This document shows, piece by piece, positions 49,291 to 61,369 of a stretch of 64,000 nt of DNA. A model generated the notes under the pieces. The model worked only from the letters and a program-made list of their open reading frames with translations. It ran no database searches and had not been told where the DNA came from. A program made the position numbers and the translations under genes. The stretch is from Podarcis melisellensis (lineage: Eukaryota), in NCBI GenBank assembly GCA_964234715.1, contig OZ174276.1; one strand, given 5' to 3'. The number at the start of each line of letters is the position of its first letter. Positions within the stretch are counted from its first letter, which is position 1.

Positions 49291-50435
49291 TAAAAAATAA
49301 AATAAGGCAGGTATCAATGGGTTTATGTTCTTTAATTGGGACTTGAGATTTGAAAGCTGGGAAACCCCCTGAAAAAATGGGGAAGAAACCCATCCCCTGA
49401 ATTTTCCCAGGTATTTCCCTGAGCCTTCACATCTCTGTTTAGGGCCAATTCATCAATCCTGAACTTGCTGGCTCCACAGCGATCTCCTCTTCAACCCACT
49501 GTGCTTTTCAGCTTTCCCCCAACCCAATGCATATATTGTGGTAACCCCACATGGGACAGCATTCTACAGAGTCTTTGTGAGCACTGAAATAATAATGGAA
49601 AAAATAACACCACTTAATATTCAAATACTATAATTCTATGGTGTCAAAAGTGTTTCAGCCAGATAATACAGATTTCCTTGAGAATGGATAACTACCCACC
49701 CCCCTCCACACACACAAAAGCAAGCAAAGTAATCCATAATTCATGCTTATAACAGTTTGGCAAGCCCAGCCAACAGCTTAAGTTTTCAGCTCATATCCAA
49801 CTTCCTGCCTTCTGGATCTGCAGCGCTTACCCAGAACTCCTCTTCTTTTCCTTTTTTTTTTTGGTCCCATATTTTGCCACACTTTGTCCATAATCACTTC
49901 CCTGCCCATGGCTCTTTCAGCAGGATATTGTGTGATCCAGAGCATCAATCAAATGCACGGTTTTACCATTAACTGATTCAAGCAGGACTGCTTTGCTCAA
50001 CAAGCTGAACTCAGCCCTTGAGCCACGTATTGTGATCAGCCAGAAGCTGACAACTCCCGGAACTTTCTAACTAGGACCTCTTTATTCCTTAAGGAGGGAA
50101 AGGTTTTTCTATATATATATAAATAAAAATCCAAATACCAAGCTTAAGGTGTTCTCTTGATAAAATTAACAGACATGGACAAATTCTTGCCCCCAAAATT
50201 CTAAACGAGTTGTCCAAATAAAAATAAGACATATACAGGGGCCACAGTACAGCATAAATACAGCATAAGGGACCACTGAGTTATTTTAATGGAGAGTGTG
50301 TCTAACCCTAGGATGGACTGAGGCAAGGTTGTTTTACACCAATGCCATTCAAATTGGTTCCCTTTTACGGGGAGTAGCCTGATGCTAGAACCCATAGGTG
50401 TATATATATAACATTAGTTAGATTGATTTCAGTAC

Positions 50436-50530
50436 CTTCCCTTCCAGGAGCTGCTCTGGCCGTAGATATTGGTGGGAGAAGATCCTGTCGTTGGTGTTAC
50501 AGTTGGAGAGGTTCTGGTGCCCCAGTGTTC
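50436..50530 (-). CDS. CASKIN2: CASKIN2 exon (GTLGHQNL…RPEQLLEGK)
   Basis: ctttcag|, |gtactg. Confidence 0.9.
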
Positions 50531-50738
50531 CTGAAAGGAGCCAGAGCACGGTCAGAGCAGGCCCCTGGAGCCTCGGACAGAATCAACGCAGGGCAAAATA
50601 ACCCAGGGAAGCCTGTTCCTAGATACACAACACTTGCTTATTTCAGTGGGGCTCGTGTGGGTGCTGCAAAGCAGCCTCATCAAAATGAATGAATGTATGA
50701 AGGCAGCGGTGGCACTTCCGGCACTTGTGAACAGAGAG

Positions 50739-50934
50739 GAGCGTGGGGAAATGTTCAGTAGCGGCCCGAACCTTATAAGGCATCAAAGTCTGCACACGGG
50801 GAAAGCCTTATAAGTGCTTGCATTGTGGGAAGTGCTTCTTCCAGACCACCTCCCTCCTGAGGAACAGGATCAGCCACATAGGAGAGAAACCACACAAATG
50901 TTCTGACTGTCCCAGAAGCTTCAACCAGAAAGAG
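50739..50934 (+). pseudogene. Decayed C2H2 zinc-finger gene fragment, antisense to CASKIN2 in an intron
   Basis: ERGEMFSSGPNLIRHQSLHTG/frameshift/KPYKCLHCGKCFFQTTSLLRNRISHIGEKPHKCSDCPRSFNQKE; two TGEKP-like linkers. Confidence 0.8.
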
Positions 50935-51170
50935 TCCGGGGGTTTTTTGGTGGGGTGGGTTGTTGCTGTTGGTTTTTTGTATCATTGTTTTAGATTCCGT
51001 TGTGATTTATGAGGAAATTGTTCAGTTTGGTTTTGTACTTTTTAATGATTCATTTATTGTTTATGACTACATTTGTTATGTTCCAGTTATGTGCTTTTTT
51101 CATGTTGTAAGCTGCCTTGAGCACGGACGGTTTGAGCTGTGGAATGGCAGTATACAAATAAAATTATGTA

Positions 51171-51389
51171 CAGTCGAACCTTGGTTCTCAAACGCAATCC
51201 GTTCCAGAAGTCCATTCGACTCCTGAAACAGTTCAAAAACTAAGGTGCGGCTTCCGATTGGCTGCAGGAGCTTCCTGCATTCAAGCGGAAGCCGTGTCAG
51301 ACATTCAGCTTCCGAAAAACGTTTGAAAAGTGGCGTTTGGGAGCCAAAATGTACGAGTACCAAGGCGTTCGAGAACCAAGGTACAACTG
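51171..51389. mobile_element. Tc1/mariner MITE
   Basis: TA|CAGTCGAACCTTGGTTCTCAAACG…CGTTCGAGAACCAAGGTACAACTG|TA. Confidence 0.85.
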
Positions 51390-51796
51390 TATGTATGTAT
51401 ATTCACAGCTGAACCACAGGTTAATCTGGACTATTATAATTTTAGTATAATTTCTATCCCATACCATCTCGAGGACTAAAATGGATTATCTTACTTCATA
51501 TGTGAACTATACCGAAACCAAACATCAGCCGCTATCTACTTAACGCTGCTGTTGGCTGTCAACTCAAACAGGAAGGTTGGGAAGGTTTCCCCAAAGATAT
51601 TTGGGAAGAGCATTGCACAACTGAAGGGCAGTCACCAAGAACGCACCTCTCAGCACTCCCTTGCTTATTGACCCTGTCAGGCAGACAGCAAACCCCCTAC
51701 AGATGTTCACCATTTTTAAAGTCCCTCTGCTTTCTATTTACTGAGTTTGCAATGTCAGTTTCGATCTCCCACCAGCCCTTTCGTCTCTCCTCTTAC

Positions 51797-51860
51797 CTAT
51801 CATGGAATTCGTCTGGCCATTGTGAGAATGCTGAAGATCCTCACCAGTCGGTGAAAGTGG
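51797..51860 (-). CDS. CASKIN2: CASKIN2 exon (PLSPTGEDLQHSHNGQTNSMI-G)
   Basis: tttatgcag|, |gtaaga; supplies the phase 0 to phase 1 link required by its neighbours. Confidence 0.85.
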
Positions 51861-52542
51861 CTGCATAAAAAAGAAAAGGAGCCAAGACTCAGGTCAGAAA
51901 TAAGACTGTACCAGAGAACCATGAAATGGGTGAACATTGTGACTTTTCTCTTCATGCTCAGCTTTTTCCATGCAGGGATTGTTTGCAGTTGTGGCTGAAT
52001 CCTGACCAACTGAATGTGCCAAGGGTTAAGTGATGCTCCTCTGTACTTAGCTGTTTGGGCACATGAATTCCTGCTACCCATATAGCCAAATTCTAGGCAT
52101 GTAGGTCCCCCACAGGCTATTTCCACCCTTCCTGGTATCTGCAGCCAAAACCAGAAGAGTTGATGTTTTAGTCTTTTCTCTATGAAGAAGCAAGCTTAAT
52201 CTTGGGGAACCAAGTCATGTACATGAATACCCATCATCTTCAAGATCTGGGTGAGAAAGTGGAGAAGCAGCAGGGAGGGTGGGAGAGTATATGACTTGAA
52301 AACCAAGATTAAGTGCATCCCTTGCACCCAACACAGCTCTTATCAAATACACAGCCCACTGTGGCTTAGGAGAAGTCTGAAACTAGACTACATTACAATA
52401 AAAAAGTGGGAGGCTATTCCCACAGCTCATCACTTTTCGTTCTAAAGAGAATGTTAGATTTAATAATCTGCTTCCTTACACCTTTGCCTTTGACTGTATG
52501 AACAACCTCAATCTACAGGCAACAGGAGATAACAAAAACTGG

Positions 52543-52543
<1 letters not shown>

Positions 52544-52587
<44 letters not shown>
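52544..52587. repeat. (AAT)n microsatellite
   Basis: Read directly. Confidence 0.95.
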
Positions 52588-52588
<1 letters not shown>

Positions 52589-52761
52589 TTATTATTTATA
52601 CCCCACCCATCTGACTGGGTCTCCCTGGGTGGCTTCCAACAAAGTATTAAAATACAGTGGTCTGTTAAACATTAAAAGCTTCCCTAAGACTGAGGCGTGG
52701 CAGCAGTAGGGTGAACAGCAGGTTTCATGCCTTGGTACAGAGAAATTCATGCCCCTTTTAC

Positions 52762-52883
52762 CTTGACATTCTCAATGAGGAGTCCAGTGATTTGCCCATT
52801 GGTGCCCTCAGTACTCTGACCGCTGCCAGCGCTCCGGATGCTGCCAATGCTGCCCTCGCTGCCCACACTGTTCCTGTCACCTG
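52762..52883 (-). CDS. CASKIN2: CASKIN2 exon ([22 protein letters not shown]…IENVK)
   Basis: AAGCAGCAG tandem acceptor, |gtaaaa. Confidence 0.92.
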
Positions 52884-53149
52884 CTGCTTGGGAAGAGAGG
52901 ATAGATTTTGGCATGGGGGTAGTAAGGAGGGAGAAGAGCCCAGATGGCCCTCAAGCACTAAGCAGGCAGGCAAAGCTAGGGGGCATCTGCTGGTCGACTA
53001 GCACCCCATCACAGATTTCTCTGCGGGCTTTGCCACAGAGCACCCAAACAGGCTTCCCTGGCTGCCAAGACAGGTCACTCGGTATCTGGTTGAGGCATTT
53101 CAGTCATGGGATGACTTTTCATTTCCTGTAGCAACATTCAGCTGTTATA

Positions 53150-53620
53150 ATAAATAATAATAAATTGTTATTTATACCCCGCCCTTCCAGGTTCAAAAAC
53201 CAGGCTCAGGGCGGCTAACAACAAATTTAAAACACTTAATTGTAAAAGCAGCTTAAAATACAGTATAAAAAACATGAATAACAATAAAATTCAGAAATCA
53301 ATTTAGGGGAAATAAGCATTAGATAATCCCCAGGGCCACCTGGCTGAATTGGTCCTACTTGGGCCAGTGAGGAGGCCAGGGGAGAATTAGCTGTGGGGTC
53401 TCAGAGTGGGTGATCTTCATAAAAGGGGAGCGGGAGGGAAGAGAAGAGAAGGGAAATAAAAGATCAGGCTGAATTCAAATTAAAGGCCAGACGGAATAGC
53501 TCTGCCTTACAGGCCCGACAGAAGGAGGTCAAATCCTGAATGGCCCTAGTCTCATGGGACAGAGCATTCCACCAGGTCGGAGCCATCACTGAAAAGGCCC
53601 TGGCCCTGGTGGAGGAGGAT
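53150..53620 (-). mobile_element. L2-like LINE 3' fragment
   Basis: ORF 53464..53718 ends RAFSVMAPTWWNAL…SFCRACKAELFRLAF; tail GGGCGGGGTATAAATAA; related tails near 12440-12607, 25155-25280, 27434-27580, 52544-52690. Confidence 0.75.
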
Positions 53621-54475
53621 CCTTTCTCCACAACCCCACTCCCCGCCACCCAATTCCGATGGGTGAGGTTGGGAAGCAACTTTTTAAAGAAGCATCTAGC
53701 AGCAGTGGTCCCTCTCATACAAGACTGACCGGGGGGGGGGGAATGTGGCCTGGGAGGACACAGCTAGCAGTCAGGTTTGCATGCAATGATGGGGTGCATT
53801 GTTTGTGCAGCACGGAAGGTACCTCAATGGCAGATATGCACATCAGCATGGAAAGAAGGCGTGATCAGTGGCAGGGATGTGCACACTGATGGGTTTATGC
53901 TTTGGGCGAGGCTGGACGCTTGCGGCTGTTAGGCCTCGATGAGCTAAAATGTGAACTTGAGGTGTATGCAGAAGGAAGGGGCTACCTGGATGAACTCATG
54001 TCCTTTAGGCAAGGTTCATCAGCGACAGGTGAGAACAGCCCACTGGCCCTGGAAAAATGGTGGATAGCTACTGGGAAGGGGGGGGCAGTGGTGGGAAGGG
54101 GCAGGAGCAAAGCATACGTTAAGGAAGGTGGACCCTGTGACAGAGACAAAGATGTGTAGCGAAGCCAGTTATAAATCACTGAGAATTTTGCAGGGGTATA
54201 GCAGTGCCAAATGAAATTTCCAGAAGGGGGATAGTTCTCTATTTCTCTCTCTGACCCCCCCAACAGCTATCTGTGTGAGGAGAGAGAAAATTATTTCAAA
54301 AGATATTTACTCGGGGTACAAATGTGTAAGGAAGAGGGTCTGGTTACACCTCCACTCCCAGCTGAAATCATATCTCTTTTCACCTGCTACTTCTCTCCAC
54401 CCCAGAATTGTCCTCACTCATTCCCAGGCAGTGTGAATGGAGGACACGCTGGCCCAGCCCAGCAATGGCCCTGAC

Positions 54476-54646
54476 CTGGGCTTTCAGGAGTTGGGGCTGT
54501 CCTGGTCAGGGCAGGTAGGCAGAGGGGTGCCTGCGGCGAAACGGGTGGAGGCTGCGACCCACTGGGAGGGGTGGCAGTGGTAACCTGCTGGCCCTTGGCA
54601 AAGCTCTGGCACGGGTGCAAGGGCGCCATGCGGGGAAGAGTCAGGC
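54476..54646 (-). CDS. CASKIN2: CASKIN2 linker exon (GLTLPRMAPL…TPESP)
   Basis: atgcag|, |gtcagg; phase 1-1, open frame. Confidence 0.85.
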
Positions 54647-56145
54647 CTGCATGTAGAGAACAAAACACGCGGGTCAGGAAAGAGTGTGTGTTTGTGTAGG
54701 CAAGGAGAGTGGGGAGCATGTGTGTTCACATAGGGGCGATGCTGCTGCTGCATTTTAAAAACATACAGAGGGACAGAATATTGGATGCTCATTCGTTTGG
54801 CCAGACTTTTCACAGAGTTTTTCCTATAAAAGAGTCTCTCAGCAGTCTAGGATGAACATTGGCAACAGAGTCAGAGGAGCAAGCGCAGAACTTTGCCCTT
54901 CCTTCCCTGATTTTTTTTTCTTCTAGCCTACATAATAGGATTCCCAAAGTGCTCTTTAGTTTCACCAGTTCATAGTGTCTACGGCTGGAGAAAGTCAAGA
55001 GAGCTCAAGGTGGTTTCAAAGAGTTACTGCAGCTTACGATGTGTATAGTCATCTCATCACACTTCTGCCTCTGGCAAACAAGCGTTGTGTGGCTTTTCAC
55101 TGTTTCGAAAACCTGCAAAACCTGTTTGACCAGAAGGCGGCAGTGGGAGAAAAGAAATGTGTGTGCATGCGTGTTGTTTCTGTACGCATGCCGTGAGAAA
55201 AATGAATACACCACCTGAACCAAGCATCTCTTAAAAACTATCTCCAGCCTCCAACCTCCAACCTCAGGTGGCCTGCAGTAAATATACACCTGCAAAGAAA
55301 ACTGAACATCGGCAGCATCCATCCATGAGCTGAGGAGAATTACTTATTTGTATCCAATCAGAAACCACATGTATGGCTGGCCCCCAATTTAGCTGCATCC
55401 ACAATTCAGTAAGTTTTGAGGAACCAAGGTCTACATTTGTCCCTGGTTAAGGTGGGATCTGAACACCTTCTAGAAAGAAAGGTGTGGAAGTATTCACAAC
55501 TTTAACTACCAGGACTACAGCTTCCTATACCCATACAGACACCACTTTGCTCGGCTTCCACAGGCCACCTGCATATTAATAGTCAATGATAGTAACAGTT
55601 TATGTAGTTTAATACATTTTAAATGTACTTTAACTCCCATTCTTCCCTTACTGAGAAAGGAGCAGGAATGATGGGATTCCCCCTATTCCTTTTAAAGAGG
55701 TTCCTGCTCTCTGTGTTGAAAGAGGTCCTCCATGTTATCCTTTTCAGAAAGCACGGCAGAAGGGAGCCCCTTTGGATATTCTAATATTCACGATCTTCCT
55801 CCTGCTGAAAAAGTGGGGAGCTTCCTCTTGTGCAAAAAGTGTGTTTGAACGGTACTGGGGTGGTGGTGGGAAACCATTGTGCCCTGAATAATTGCATCTC
55901 TGGTGCTGTTTGACTTGGTCCGTGTGAAGGCAAGCGTTGGCAGAGAGAGGTCACTGTCATTGAGTTGCTAGGGTAGGAAGTGACGGCGATGATAGGAGTT
56001 ATTTTTGCAGGCGGGGAGAAGACAGTGAATGAATGGGGTTTACTGGGAAATGAAATCACAGGTTTTCCTACTCCCTTTGCAGCAGCACCCCCCATCACAT
56101 CTTTGGCCTCCTCCAGAGTTCCCCAGTTGTGTTGGATGGACCAAC

Positions 56146-56263
56146 CTGTCCGCTTGCTGATGACTTCGACAATGGATGGAGGGAAGTAACCAACTCTGTC
56201 AGTGCCTTTCTGAGAGTCATGGATATGACCCTTCCAGCGTCCGTCTGCATGCTGCTCCAGAAC
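56146..56263 (-). CDS. CASKIN2: CASKIN2 SH3 exon 2 ([12 protein letters not shown]…ISKRT)
   Basis: caccag|, |gttggt. Confidence 0.95.
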
Positions 56264-57491
56264 CTGGTGAGAGAAGAGTTCTCATGATCAGTGGGACAGG
56301 GTGGATATAGGATGGCAGAATCAGGAGGTCAAAAGGGTCCACGGGAACATGATATCTAAACTCACCACAAAAGCAGGGTTTTGTAAAGCTGGTGTGCAGC
56401 ACAGTGGCTTAGCGACTGAGTTACGGCAGAGGAAGCCCCCTGTTCATATTTCAGGCCTTAGGGAATTCATTCTCTTCTTACCTAACGCCCCCCCCCCCCC
56501 CCGATCTGCAAGATGAAACTATAAATACAAGGCCTACTTATTATAGGGTCATTGCATGCGATGAAGCGCTTTGGACATTTTAAAGGGGAATATAAATGGC
56601 AAGAATGATTATGATTAGACCAAACTTGTCTATTCAACCATGAGGACTACAAACTTGTTCAAAAAAGGAAGAAAACTAAGCTGAGCTTCTCATCTGAATT
56701 GAGTGCTTGAGCTTCTTTCTTTGCTCCTGCAGAACTCTGGCATGCACACAGCTCTGTCAATATGTTATACCTCCCCTATCCACTGTAATTTCTATTACTT
56801 CGTGAATCTTCTCTGTTTTGCCTGCATCCTCCTTTAACTCTCTTGACCATACACAAAATCTGAGTACAATAGTACTTCTACTGCCTCCTATACAATAGAG
56901 ATGATTCTTCTGCTAATACAAGCTAGGACTAGGGATGGAAGAATCTGTCACTTTTGATTTCTCCAAGTTTCTCAGTTTTCCAAACTCAGGTTCAGTTCAC
57001 CACATTAATGTACCAGTCTGCCTTTTTTTTGTTTGTTCATTTTTCTAAAAAAGCACTCATTAAAATTAATCAATATTTTAGAGCTCATTTTCCCCAATAG
57101 ATACATTTTTGCAAGCAATGTCCTCCAATATAATGGATTTTGTATGTTAGTTTCACCTATATACACATTTTTGCTGATACCTTCCTCTGATATGTGCACT
57201 TTCGTGCACCTTTTTTTGAAGAACTGCAGCGCGAAATTCAGAGAAATGTGAATTTCAAAGCATAGCTGGTCTCTCAGTTCACACACTGCTTTGGGGAAGT
57301 GCAAATTCAGTAGGTCTGCATTAAAATTGTAACTGGGCCCAATTTATTCCTCAAACTCTAGTAAGCCTACAATTTTTCAAATAGGTCACCGCAGTCCTAG
57401 CTGAGGTCCTTTCATGGGATCACAGAACAGATGCAGAGGGCTGCCTCTTGGAGCGTTTCAGGAGCTTCTATGGCTTCCGCCAATTTCTTAC

Positions 57492-57586
57492 CGTGATGAT
57501 ATCTCCGGCACGGACATTGAGAGCAGTTGGGTCGTGGAGGTTCCAAAAATCCTTCAAAGCTCGGACCTTCAGGATTCCTGATGCCT
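57492..57586 (-). CDS. CASKIN2: CASKIN2 SH3 exon 1 ([15 protein letters not shown]…GDIIT)
   Basis: cttcag|, |gtaaga. Confidence 0.95.
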
Positions 57587-57830
57587 CTGAAGACAAAGGG
57601 TAGTGGGAAGTGAGAAGGAGGGGGACAGAGGGGGAAAGACATGGGCAGGAAAATTAGCAAAAAAAAGGGAGAAGAGGACGTCGTTACTTGCTGTGCGCTT
57701 CATTCCTCCTTTGCCCCACAGCCTCCGCATCTTGTTGCAACCAGCCTCCCCTGCAGCTTTTCAAGGTGGGCTCCTTCATGTTATAATTCAGTGAAAGTCA
57801 GGAGGCTGAAAACCCCCAAGTACTCACCCT

Positions 57831-58181
57831 AAAGGTAAAGGGAGCCCTGACCATTAGGTCCAGTCATGGCTGACTCTGGGGTTGTGGCGCTCATCTCGCT
57901 TTATTGGCCAAGGGAGCCGGAGTACAGCTTCCGGGTCATGTGGCCAGCATGACTAAGCCGCTTCTGGCGAACCAGAGCGGCGCACGGAAACGCTGTGTAC
58001 CTTCCCGCAGGAGCGGTACCTATTTATCTACTTGCACTTTGACGTGCTTTTGAACTGCTAGGTTGGCAGGAGCAGGGACCGAGCAACGGGAGCTCATCCC
58101 GTTGTGGGGATCTGAACCGCCAACCTTCTGATCGGCAAGCCCTAGGCTCTGTGGTTTAACCCACAGCGCCACCCGTATCCC
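57831..58181 (-). mobile_element. Sauria SINE, full length, 13-bp TSD
   Basis: TSD AAGTACTCACCCT (57818-57830) / AAGTACCCACCCT (58184-58196). Confidence 0.92.
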
Positions 58182-58338
58182 TTAAGTACCCACCCTGCCC
58201 CTCCCCAAAAGATTTCAGTGCTGACCCCCCCCCCATGCCCATCACCAGTTTGCAACATCCTAGGGGTTTATTAAGATGGGTGCCAACTGCCTCCTCCCCA
58301 CATTAGGGCCTAATGGGGATACTTCTCGGCCTGCTCAC

Positions 58339-58447
58339 CTCGTAGTAGTTGCTTGATGTCCTTGCTGGCGTGTGAAGTGGTGAACTGGTTCACAATGTCC
58401 AGAGCTGTCTGGTTGTAGGTGTTGCGGATGTTGACATCGATGCCACC
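58339..58447 (-). CDS. CASKIN2: CASKIN2 exon ([17 protein letters not shown]…KQLLR)
   Basis: gggtag|, |gtgagc. Confidence 0.95.
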
Positions 58448-58571
58448 CTACCCACAGAGAGAAAGTTAGCGGTGGGCTTGGAAACAGGGGGACAACTTCC
58501 TTGAGGGAACTTTTTTTAAAAAAATCTAAGCTGGTTTCAGCATTTGGCTGAGCTAGTGCTGGTGCTACATC

Positions 58572-59095
58572 CTGGTGAGATATTCACAAAACAAAAGAAT
58601 TGCTGTGAAAATCCCTGAAACAAAAAGTAATCAACTATAGAGTTAAATTAAATAACAAAAATCAAAACGTTTAAGGAAAAATTAACCTAGAATTAAACAA
58701 GAGCAGTTTGTTTGATATCTTATAATGTTCTCTTAAATAGGGCTATGTTTAAAACTTGTCATTGAGGTTTTCATACCTTTTTTGTAAACTCAGGGAAGCG
58801 TTTCAGCCCTGCTCTTGAGTTTGTTTGATATCACTTTAAATCATTTAAGGTTTATAATTTCTTTATTTCCTTCTGAGGAAATTGATTAGTTCAGTGAAAC
58901 AAGTTTTGTAGCCGGCATCTCGTTAAGTCTTTGTTTAATTCCAGGTTAATTTTTCCTTAAACTTTTTGATTTTTGTTATTTAATTTACCTCTATAGCCGA
59001 TTACATCTCGTTTCAGGGATTTGCACGGCAATTCTTTTGTTTTGTGTAATTTCTTGGTTCCGTGACTGTCTTTTTTTCACTGGTGAGATATTCAC
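58572..59095 (+). mobile_element. TSD-bounded fold-back insertion, Penelope-like architecture
   Basis: 16-bp direct repeat CTGGTGAGATATTCAC (58572-58587 / 59080-59095); about 118-bp inverted arms 58585-58702 / 58928-59046; 33-bp unpaired tail. Confidence 0.7.
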
Positions 59096-60020
59096 GGCAG
59101 TCTGCTAATAATATCACAGTCCTTGAGAGCAAAAGCAGGCCTGTCTTTACCCAGAGACTGCCTCCCCACTGTCTGAAAAAAGGTTAAGCTCGCAGAGCAA
59201 AGTAGACTAGGCCAGTTATAGAGGGTCGCGTCACACAACATGCAAGGCCTCAGATTCAAAACACAGGGAGGCCTTGGGTTTGCGTCACACTCTCAGCCTC
59301 AGCTTCCCATAAGGCAGTCATTACCCCCGTTCGCAGAGAAGGCTAAATAAGTGCATTAAAAGTGCCAATGAAACAATAAACAAACCGATCAACCCCTGTA
59401 TCTGTTTCGTAAAACTGTTTGCAGTCGTTTCCAAGGATGGGTGGTTCCAGAGTCACTCTGGCTAGCCTCAACACAAATGCTAACATCGACTCTGGCTGGG
59501 CACATATTCGGCAGCCATGGATTATAGGTGCAGACAATTGCATGTGTGTTGGGCTACTCCATACGGGGGAGGAATCATACAGTACTTCTTCACATGGCTA
59601 CCGAACACTCAGTTGGTGTGCACGTCCAAGTGGTGTTTGTGTGTGAGAGAGGCTAGCAGCTCCCTCTTGTGTACTTTCAGCACAGGACAGGTGGGTTGTA
59701 TGACCACATTTCTTGTCGGACTAGAACTGAACCAGAGATTGGAGTTTCTCCTCAGCGCTATATATGACACCAAGCTGCAGGCCGCATTCTTTTCCTGCCT
59801 CGAGTGACAGAGCTACCACGCTTTTCTGCACAGTGTTTCCTCTCAGAACTGACCCACAGATAGCCCAGTGTCTCCTCTGTGGGCTCTCACACCCTCTCCT
59901 CTTCTTTGTTCCCTATTTCTGCCTCAGCTCCAAGGCCTGTAGCCTCTCCAAGGGCAAAGGCCTTTTGGTCACCAGGCAACCATTCCCCGGCCTTGACTAC
60001 GGCTTTACTTTTAGTCTCAC

Positions 60021-60129
60021 TTGCAGCAGTAGGCGCACCACCTCCGTCTTCCCATACAACGCTGCTTCATGCAAGGCAGTCCCCGTCTTCGTCTGTTTGT
60101 TGATCTCGATTCCAGCTTTCAGAAGTTGC
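60021..60129 (-). CDS. CASKIN2: CASKIN2 ankyrin exon ([27 protein letters not shown]…LLLQ)
   Basis: tcacag|, |gtgaga. Confidence 0.95.
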
Positions 60130-60722
60130 CTGTGAGGGGAAGGAATATATAAGCAATGAGTGCCAGCAAGTCAAAAGATGTGACTGATTGCTCCAGAATG
60201 AATACCCAAGTCTTGATGCTTACTGTGTGCCGTTGGAGAGGCTGGTGTGTGTGTGAGAGGCAGAGAGAGAGAGAGAAGGATGGCAGGTGGAGGAGATGAT
60301 CAGGGGAGCTATCTGTGTTGCAAGAAGGATTAAATGGCAGAAGGACACTGTGGGTGTATTTACCCTGTAGTTTAGTCTAACGTGCTAATTTAAGACATAA
60401 CCCTACTGCTGTAGGGATTTCACTTGATCTGTGGCAATTTGGTGAACAGTAAGTTCAAATGCTTTTGTAGACCGAACATTTAATAACTGGTTGGCTGGTA
60501 ATTATGGCTGGTGAGAGAATGCTTGAGTGTCAGGCTTGATGCAAAGGATTGCTAAGGATGTGGAGTCTATTGTATTTTTATGTTTGATTACTGTCTGTTA
60601 TGTTTACAATAACTTCTAATTTTCCTGTTAACTATTTGATCTTCAGCTATAACATTTTGCTTTGGTATTTTGTAATGCTTAGGTTACAACTTAGATTGTA
60701 AACAGCTTTGAGATTCTTTTTA

Positions 60723-60765
60723 CAAACAAACAAACAAAAACAAACAAACAAACAAACAAACAAAC
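60723..60765. repeat. (CAAA)n microsatellite
   Basis: Read directly. Confidence 0.9.
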
Positions 60766-61369
60766 TATAAAGCAGTATAGAAATAATTGAAAACTAAAAA
60801 AAAAATAGTACTGAACTAGATGGAGTGATGGTCTAACTATGTTCGGTCCTCTAGGAATGAAATTCCATTATAAACACAATATTCTCTGTATTCCTTTAAT
60901 TCAGGGATAGGGAACCTGCAGTCCTCCAGATGCTATTGGACTACAACTCCCATCATCCCTCACCATTGGCCATTACTGGCTGGGACTGATGGGAGTTGGA
61001 GTTCAACAGCATTTAGAGGGCAACAGGATTTAAGAGGGCTCTGTTGCTTCAAATTCTGGTGCCCCATGCGGCATATAAGGATCCATGCAGGAATGGAACA
61101 AATGAAGCATTTGCAAAATAGGGTGCTGCATGAGAATATAAAAGTAAGAATGAACTCAACACACCCAAACTGCACTGTAAGGCATGAAATAGATACGACA
61201 TTCAGATCAGAAGCTGAAATCTCAGGAAGGTTAAGCTGGGGAGCTAACAGATGGAAATACCTGAGAGCGGTGTAGCGCATGCTGGCACCTTGGGGAACTT
61301 GAGTTGGCACATGTGGGATAAGTGAGGCCATTGGCTTCTGCCTGCACTGGAAGTGCCCAAAGGACTTAC

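Noticed and set aside
53700-54160. Possible CR1 ORF1-like remnant
   Set aside because: Similarity is too faint to support by eye; it needs a Dfam or tblastx search.
55263-55289. Possible 27-nt CASKIN2 cassette after a strong acceptor
   Set aside because: It has TGA in the required phase-1 frame and a weak donor. A poison exon cannot be excluded, but nothing supports one.
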